64,000 nucleotides of DNA, from NCBI RefSeq assembly GCF_026210795.1, contig NC_089434.1, positions 5,394,001 through 5,458,000 on the forward strand, in the 5' to 3' direction. Origin of the DNA: Rhizophagus irregularis (Eukaryota). Numbering within the stretch: position 1 is the stretch's first letter; each line of letters starts with the position of its first letter. A program made the position numbers and the translations under genes. Shown in pieces: positions 55,639-64,000 of the stretch. The notes beneath the pieces were generated by a model. It worked only from the letters and a program-made list of their open reading frames with translations, ran no database searches and was not told the DNA's origin.

Positions 55639-57341
55639 ATAATAATTAAAACTAAATTAAAAATTTCAAATTAGATCTTGTAATTTTGCATATTTTTAAT
55701 TAGATAATAATTTATCATAGTGATATGCATTTTTACTGGCTAAATTTTAAAATATTACATAAAACTTAAAAACATGATATTGCTTTCTTTTAAATTAAAT
55801 AATGTTACAAAGAATTTAATAGCGCAAATGGCATATATATTTAAATATTTCAGACTCTTCTTAAACAATTTACAGAATAATTTGAATATTGGAAAGGTAA
55901 TTCAGAAGTTACAAGTATATTAAAATTCCTTATTATAAAATAATAATATATTTATTTTATGTTTATTTTTATTTATTTAGTATTATTTCACTTAATACAA
56001 CTGATTTTTTTTTGTTTTTTTAAAAGTTTTTTTTTATAACAATTAACATAAATAAAAAAAAAAGCCAAATGTGCTGACCAATATTTTCTATAGAATTATA
56101 GAATAAAAGGTAAGTTTCTCAGTACTATATAAAATCCAAAGATTTTTCTTCCTTTTATAATGAACTAATATATATATATTATATTTCCATTTTACTTTAA
56201 GATGTTTTAAGTTTCATTAGTTTTATTACATTGAAAACTTTATTAAATAGAATTTTTCAAGATAAAATAGAAGAACTTTGAAGTGCTTGTTGGTAAGAAG
56301 TAGTATAATTTAATTTTAATTAGAATTTATAATTATTATAATATTGTTAATTTCTCAGTATATATGCATGCTAAATGCTAATCAAATAATTTTACATTCA
56401 TTTAAAAGTTAATAATACACTTTAATTATTAGGATCAAAAATCATGCAAATTGAATTATTAGATGTAGAAAATTAGCAATCAAGATTAAGAATTGATCTT
56501 AAATTAAATGAATGTATTTGAAACGTATTTATTCATCATCCAGTAAACCAATTAATGCAATTTTTAATTCATCAGATAGACCTCATTCTCCTCTTTCAAA
56601 CAAATGTAGAATCATCTGTCTAGCTTATATGTATATTGAGTTATTTACAATTTTATTTCAAGAATTGTATTTGATTTTAATTTTAGTACATTTGGTGGTT
56701 CATCAATTTGCCTCCGATTTTGATGAAATTTTAAATACAGGTATATCAATTTAACATTTATTAATTTGGATAATTTGATATATAGTCATTATGTACAAGT
56801 TACGTTAATTAAAATGTCATTACATATGAAAGTTATTACCGGTAGTAATAATTCAATTTTAATAAAAACTGATATATCTGATATACAATTATAGGATGAA
56901 TTTTATTGGCAAAATTTGAGAATGTATTGATAGGTAATTTTTCAAAAAATCAAAACAACGGTATTTTATATCGTGTGATAAAATCATGTGCCCTCTGTTG
57001 CATGTGATTTCCGCAGTATAATTACTAGTGTCATCATTTTAACCTAATAACAATATAATGCAGTGATTTGTTGTACGTACTGATGAAAACGAGACTTACA
57101 TATTGTTCTTGATGTTATGAAACATATCCTTTAATAGATACGTTAACCTTCAGTGCAACTGAGCGAAGCTCAATCTCGGTAGTTATTTTATTTTTCATAT
57201 GTAATGTACTACGTGAGACAAATGAAATAAGACAACTGTGACCTCGGGTCACGGTCTCGTTGTTAGACACTTTTCAATGTATATTGTGCCATATGGTAGA
57301 ACAAAAAATATAAACGTGACACTTTTTCTCTTTGCACAAAT

Positions 57342-59690
57342 TCAAAGGTCATCAATGTCAAGTTCTTTAACACCATCATCACATTCTTCGTCTTCTATAG
57401 ATAAATCTAAATTTCAAAACATGATTTTCGTTAAATCTTTACGGGAATATAGAATATTCATGTCAAAAAATACGTACTAGATGTTCCATTGAGTAAAGAA
57501 TCGATATCAGCAGTCAACTCGATAACAGAATCGATAGGAATAGATTCGAGCTTGCTAAATACTTCTTTCGTTGCTGTGGATCTTGTTGCCAACATTCCCG
57601 ATAGAGACTTACATATTTAATTGGAGTTCCATATATTGGCATCTCACGTTTGTTATTAGTGATAAGTGAGATCACTTGTTCGGGTGATTGGAAATTAAAT
57701 GGTGGCTGTCCACTACTGATTTCCCACATAAGAACACCCAAACTGTATACATCAGATTTTTCATCAAGACAATATTCGTTTGAAATAAACAACTGGGGTT
57801 CCATGTAAGCAGGTATTCCACCAACAAATGATCGTGTATTATGATCAATCATCTCAGATAGTCCGAAATCTGAAATTTTTATTTTGTGTTGATGAACTAA
57901 TATGTTATTAGAATGCTGAAAATATTACACATTAGTATTCAGCATAATAAAATCCGTTCTAGTTGATAATATCTCCCAACAAAAAAAAATCCAAATCTCA
58001 AACTTACAAGATCCCGGTGGATAATTTTTTTGTCGTGAATCCAGAGGATGCCTTTGGTGATTTCTTGTGCGAAACGAAGCTTAACAAACCATGTTAAGTC
58101 TTTGTTGTATTCAAGATACTCTCGCAAGCTCCCCCATCAGCATATTGTAATACCATTGCAAATTGTTGATTGTTAAGGTCTATTTTATCAATTCGGTAAA
58201 TACGATGAAATAATATGGTAAAAAAAAAAGATTCGGAATATAGTAGCTTACCTTGCGCCATACCATAAAATGGGATAATATTGTCATGGTCAGATACCAT
58301 CTGATGGATTCGCATCTATTGCTCATGAGTGTTAGTAAATTGTTGTTTGCACATAATTACGGAACTTTGTACACACCTCTTTATTAAAATTTCTGACCTC
58401 TTCAATAAATTTTCTGATGTTCGAATTTGACTTGACATATTTGAGTATGACTTTTTCTCTTCGTTCATCCCACTCTGCACTATAAATTAATCCAAACCCG
58501 CCTTCTCTAATTAGTTCTCTTTTAATGAACTTATCGTGATCAAACTTATCTATCATAGAATCTTTACAAAGAAGAGAAGTAATGTGTCGTTTAATAACAA
58601 ATTCTACAGATGGAAGTGTACAGACATTGTCTCCAGACTTAGGATCCTTAAATACTATATCTGCATTTATTATTATTTCCGAAGAATTTCTGCGATCAAG
58701 AGAAGTGGATTGTATAGTTGTAGAATCTTCAGAGGAGACAGAACAAAGATCCCGTATCTTATTCACAATAACTTGCACAGCTGAACTGCGCTGAACATGT
58801 ACTGGAAGTAATAGCGCAGATGCTAAACGTCCTTGCACCTGGATGGGAAACACAAGTTCAATTTTTTTTCGAAAAAGATCTGAGCAAGCATCGAGTGTTT
58901 CTTTCTTTCCTACAGTTCTGCAGTACACTTTATCCTAGAAAGAAATAAATTAAAATGCAGTACAACAGTACAACAGGTTAATAAGTGACAATATATAACT
59001 GACGTACCATGTAAGTGACTATGGCCCTTATCATTTGTATACTATCAAAGTAGTCTTGCCATACGTTATCAATAATTTTATGAACATCAAAAGAAGAAAT
59101 GTCCCCTGCATAAAGCGTGGAAATTATCTGCTTCTGTACTTCGTCCAATTGTTCTTCGCTCAATCCTATGACCCAGCTGTATAGTTTATCACAACTTCCC
59201 CAATCCTTTTTTTATTACAATATTATAAACAATACAGTACAATTCCTCGAAGGAACATCCATAAATGATACTCTTATCTCTCCTTAAAAACCCTTTGAAA
59301 GTGGTCACAATTAATGAGAAATCTAGAAGAAGGACATAACAATACAGTTATTATTTAGAAAGACATGGAATAAACTCATGAAATAATTATACATTACCTT
59401 CATTCTCATTCCTTTCGGGAATTGCAGATCTTTGAAATCTTCGAGAAGACATGTTACATAACAAAAATCAGCCGTTTTTTCCTTTGGTATTGCGTACGCA
59501 GAATACATACAAGAAAATGATTTATAAGGTATAGAGCATTGCGTTCCAAGGAAATAAAGTAATCAAAGTCGACCCCCTTTATAGCCATTATAAGCACGGC
59601 CAATAAACCCCTATGAATTTGGTATTGGAACAATGAAAAACAAAATTGCAATGATTCTTCTGGTGCAGAATCCAGAATTTACAGTATGTA
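57342..59690 (-). pseudogene. Cullin-3-like N-terminal domain fused to a tyrosine-kinase-like (TKL) protein kinase; frameshifted and 5'-truncated
   Basis: The spliced minus-strand frame gives ..NEDFSLIVTTFKGFLRRDKSIIYGCSFEELYCIVYNIVIKK..CDKLYSWV..VWQDYFDSIQMIRAIVTYM|DKVYCRT..DLFRKKI (cullin repeat 1). Kinase motifs follow: GGFGLIYSAEW, VILK, HDNIIPFYG, QYADGG, IHRDL|HSNNILV, DFGLS, GIPAYMEPQ, SDVYSLGVLMWEISSGQPPF and CWQQDPQQR. Frame breaks occur at 59198-59213 (homopolymers), 58131-58135 (C5 run) and ~57568 (small deletion). A last acidic exon ends at 57342. No start codon is found before the repeat that begins at 59692. Confidence 0.8.
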
Positions 59691-59691
59691 T

Positions 59692-60405
59692 TCAACTTTA
59701 CGTCAGCACTCAGTATGTGTAACAATGATCGACTTTATTTTAAAGGAGCGTTAAATCCGTTATGAATAATTAAGCCACATATAAATATATATAAACTTGT
59801 ATTTCTCATTCCTTTAATATTAATAAATGTTTTATATATGTATCCTTCAAAAATCTGAAAAGAAAAATATACTTTGACAAATCACGCTCTTTTAGTGCTT
59901 TACCAGCAATAATATCGATGAATTGCCCTTAGTTTATAAAATTTTTAATTGTAGCAGTACAACTTTGATTATTATTAAATTTTTAGAAAAAAGTTCAACT
60001 AAGGAAAGCTTACAAAGTTTATATTATTACTTAAGTTTTAAATGAAAAAGGAACTTTTGACAAATTTTTTTTATAAAATCTGTTGTTTAAAAAAATTATG
60101 TGAAAAATATTATTAAAATACATTTAAAAGTTGATCAATTAAATTGATACTACTTGAAGTTATACCATTTTTTTATATCTATAAAATAAAAAAAAAATAT
60201 TCCCATATAAACGAATAGATACATCTTTTCGTCTCAAATATCTTCTCACTATTAATATCGTGTGATTGATAAAGAAAAACTAGTATATTAGTGGATTTGA
60301 AATAATTTGTCTTAATACTTTATAAATTTTAATATTAATAAAAATAATCAAATAATAATATTGTTAAGCACAGTAAATAAAATGATTGATATATATCATA
60401 AAGCT
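59692..60405 (+). repeat. ~0.7-kb direct repeat, copy 2
   Basis: Colinear with 54294-54955. It abuts the truncated 5' end of the cullin-kinase gene. Confidence 0.9.
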
Positions 60406-60512
60406 CAAAAATGTCACGAGATTACATAAGAAAATTACGTAGGGTAGTCCGTAGTCGCATTCAACCGATAAGTATTAGAGAATCAAAAGGAATAACAGCA
60501 GGGATAAACATC

Positions 60513-60775
60513 GTAGTATGGATAATTATTATCATTATTCGATGGGGTAGCTGCAGACTTGCAGCGATCGAATAATGATAAAATTAGTCTGCAGCTACCC
60601 CATCGAATAATGATAATTAAAGGATCCCGGCTCATATATAATAATAGAATATACGAAAAGAAGGACGTGTTGCAGGGGATAAACAAATGTATTTTCGCAG
60701 TCAATGTCATATATAGTATGGATAATTATTATCATTATTCGATGGGGTAGTTGCAGTGATCGAATAATGATAATT
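60513..60775. repeat. Nested inverted plus direct duplication
   Basis: ATTATCATTATTCGATGGGGTAGCTGCAGACT pairs with AGTCTGCAGCTACCCCATCGAATAATGATAAT. A direct copy lies at ~60714-60775. Confidence 0.85.
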
Positions 60776-60813
60776 TAAAATTTGAGTCGGATCATCCCGG
60801 CTCATATAGAATA

Positions 60814-61014
60814 CAGTCGACCCCCTATATAGTCACCCCCCATATAATCACAACATATAAAATTCCCCTTTATAAGCACACCATATTTTGGCCCAATGTA
60901 CTAATAAATATGATATTAGAAAAACCTCCTCTATAATCACAACATATGACTTTTTTTATAATCACACCCTTTTTTTTCGGTCCCAAGGGGTGTGACTATA
61001 AAGGGGGCTGACTG
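60814..61014. mobile_element. pogo/Tc1-mariner-type MITE
   Basis: TA|CAGTCGACCCCCTATATAGTCAC ... GTGACTATAAAGGGGGCTGACTG|TA. Confidence 0.88.
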
Positions 61015-62133
61015 TAGTACGAAAAATTTTATTTAGAAAAAGGGAAAATTTTGATAATGTAAGGTCGCTTCATTTTTATAATGAATAAATAATTTAATTT
61101 TGTGTGCGAGATATGGTTTTTGTTTTCTTTTTTTTTGTTTTTTATTTTATTTTATTTTTTTTTGCGTCTTTCTTCCGTTCTATTTATAATGTGGAAAATC
61201 TACTATAATTACCTGTATACCATATTTAGTTTTTTTTTAATTTCGAATTTAAGGAAATAAACTTGAGAATAAAAACAATAATCCGAATGCACATAACAAG
61301 ATATTTCTGTAACTACCACAAAATTTAAAAACTTCTCAATTTATTCTCTTTAAAGCGAATTTGTCTCGGTATGGCAACAATTGACCTAATGTTTACTCTA
61401 ACATTTGATATTTATTTGTAAAAAAAAAAGGATAACAATTATTTCTTTCAATTAAATATTGTTTTCATAAAAAGTAAATCAGTTAATTTATTACACGAAT
61501 TAAACACTATTTTAATTGGTGCTGGAGTCGTAAACGGCGATCATGTTTGAAATTTTATTCTGTAAATAGGAATAATAATTAGGATAGGCTTATAGATTAA
61601 ATTAGTAAACACGTACCGACATTATTAACTGATCGCGAATCGTATTATTCAAATTATCCAACTCGTAAATAAAATAATAAAAAGTTTATGTAAGATCAAT
61701 TATAGAAATCCAAAAAAAAATATTCAATCAAGTCATTATCTTAACGACCATCAAAAACTATAATTAAACCCTTTCCCAATGTTTCAAAGAATACAATACA
61801 TTTATCCCTTCTTTCAATTTGAGCATCAAAAAGATTTGATCGATCTTTGTGCGATATACAGTGCATAATAATGTTTCGGGAATTTGTTTATCCGTTCCTA
61901 TTATGGAATATCATTGACAAGATAACATCATTTGTATTATTAAAGAAAACAATGAGCAAAAAAATATAAGGAAATTAATTAATCCCTTAAAATAGTAAAC
62001 TGTTGATATATACAATAGGGTCTTTCTTTCGAAGCTAAATCTCGTTTGTTCAAATCGTGTAAAACATTGAAAATTTTTACTTTAATTGTTTATATTTAGT
62101 TTATAAAAGTATAAAATCTTATATAAACAAGTA

Positions 62134-62307
62134 CAGTCAAAGTTCTCTATAGCGAATTTTTATATAGCAAATAATTTGCTATAATGAAGAAAAGTTCAGG
62201 TACAGATCTTAGTATTTATAATAAAATGGCTTTTAGTATAGCGAATTTCTTACTATAACAAATTTTAATCTCTGGCCCGTGGGATTCGTTATAGAGAACT
62301 TTGACTG
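62134..62307. mobile_element. pogo/Tc1-mariner-type MITE
   Basis: TA|CAGTCAAAGTTCTCTATAGCGAAT ... ATTCGTTATAGAGAACTTTGACTG|TA. Confidence 0.9.
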
Positions 62308-63119
62308 TATAAAATATTTATTTATTTAGTTCTATACTTCTATTTCAAAATATCACTTCGATCATTTCCAATAATTAAATATTTTCTTTCAAAAAAATGT
62401 CCATTGTCTCAATTTAATAATTTATTGATGACTCAGATTAAAATTTTTCTAAATTTAGTTTATCTTTTGTTTCTTTTATTCCTTTAAATAAAGTTCTTTT
62501 AATAAAGAAAAGTGGACTGATCGTTCTAAGGTTCTAGATTTCTCATTCGTAAACAGTTGATTCATTGATTGTTTGCTTTATTCCGAATTATTTTATTAAA
62601 TTATACAGTATACTATATTTATACTATATTGTAATGCAAAAAGATTATTATTGAGAAAACCAAACTCATCGGGCGAAATATTGAGTAGAAAAATTGTATA
62701 CAAAATAAATTACTTTATAATAGGACCCCGCTTACTTCTAATAAAGGTCTCCGGGCAAAATTTCAGATTTACTAGTAATTTTACCAACCTTTCTTATCTC
62801 ATAATTTTACCATATATATATAGTGACCTTTTAAAATTATATTAAATTTTACCTTAGATTTTCAGAGACCTAAATTTTTTTAAATATTAAATAAACAAAA
62901 TATTTTATAATCATTACAATAAATTTTAAAAATTTTTTATTTTTACGTTTAATTCTTATTCTTTAAAGATAAATAACTTTTATTAGTAAAAAAGTACTTT
63001 GAATTACAAAAATACTATAAAAAAAATCTTAAAGACACACATCTTTAACTTTACTTCGAAACTATTATTCACTTACTTTCTTTAAAAAAATCTAATTAAT
63101 TTTTTTTTAAAAAAAATAA

Positions 63120-63645
63120 ATTCGTAATTGGTATTATTATGAAAAAATGCTCGTACCCCATAAGTATTAATCCAACTGCTATGAAAATATTTATCTAAGT
63201 ATTTTCGACCTTGCCGAACAACTTTACTTAAGCATGAAAAAGTGATTTCATTTGACCAAAGTGCCCAAATTACGCCCTATAATCACTGATCGGGAAAATA
63301 AAAAAAAATTAAAAGTGCGAAAATTGCTCGTATTCCGTAAATATTAAACTGATTATTATGAAAATTAATATTCAGGTAGTTTCGATCTCGCCGAACAATA
63401 TTACTTAAGCTTAAAAAGGTGATTTCATTTGACTAAAATGCCCAAATTACGCTCCGAATTTAATAAACAAAAAACGTAAATTTTAAGTTAATATTAAAAT
63501 AAAAAAATGCTCGTATGCAATAAATATTACTCCAACTGCTATAAAAATTCAAATATAAGTAGTTCGACCTTACTAAACAACTTTCTTAGATAGTAAAATA
63601 TGATTTGATTTAACCAAAGTACTGAAATTAAATTCTGAAGTTGCT
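63120..63645 (-). repeat. Tandem array of ~180-bp units; inverted relative of the 12420-13100 array
   Basis: GATTTCATTTGACCAAAGTGCCCAAATTACGC and TTCGACCTTGCCGAACAA recur three times. They are reverse complements of the 12.5-kb unit motifs. Confidence 0.75.
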
Positions 63646-64000
63646 AATTGCTGTACGAATTTTTATATTTTAAAAGCTAATTTTTGTAATAATTTTCAAA
63701 AAGATAGTGCTAATGCAAATAAAATTAAAAATATAAAATGGTTTTTACAAGTATAAAGAAGAGAATAAATTTTTTATTTTGAGAAAAAATTATAAAACGT
63801 ATATTACCAAATATTGTAATAATTGTTGTACAATATTTCAAATTAGTATATATAAGGTAAATATTAAATTTTATATACAATTTTACCTTATTATTTACCG
63901 AAACATTTGTAAACTTATATTTGATTTTACCTTATAAAACCGGAAACCTATTTTAACTTTACCTTACATATCCGGAGACCTTTATTTGTCATATATATAA

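Noticed and set aside
12420..63645. One giant transposon bounded by the two inverted ~185-bp arrays
   Set aside because: The arrays are quite diverged, no paired termini or TSD are seen, and the interval holds a conserved housekeeping gene (EED). Independent insertions are more likely.

Overview
Very AT-rich eukaryotic DNA with short GT-AG introns and a heavy load of decayed transposons. The gene families and intron style suggest an arbuscular mycorrhizal fungus (Glomeromycotina); this is inference. Three intact spliced genes can be reconstructed by hand: a ~264-aa multi-pass (probably 7TM) membrane protein (4084-5051,+), the Polycomb PRC2 WD40 subunit EED/ESC (21796-23931,+, ~509 aa), and a ~135-aa secreted aegerolysin/Cry34(ET79)-like protein (53645-54144,+) that the ORF track misses. 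The most unusual locus is a frameshifted minus-strand gene (57342-~59690) in which a Cullin-3-like N-terminal repeat, the BTB-adaptor-binding part of Cul3, is fused to a tyrosine-kinase-like domain. It lies between two ~0.7-kb direct repeats, next to the aegerolysin gene. The rest is MITEs (hAT-like with 8-bp TSD, pogo/Tc1-like with TA TSD, TTAA-flanked, 3-bp TSD), tandem repeats, a probable retroposed fragment with poly(A) and a 19-bp TSD, a Myb-like relic and a decayed DDE-transposase-like gene. All calls are by eye; no searches were run.
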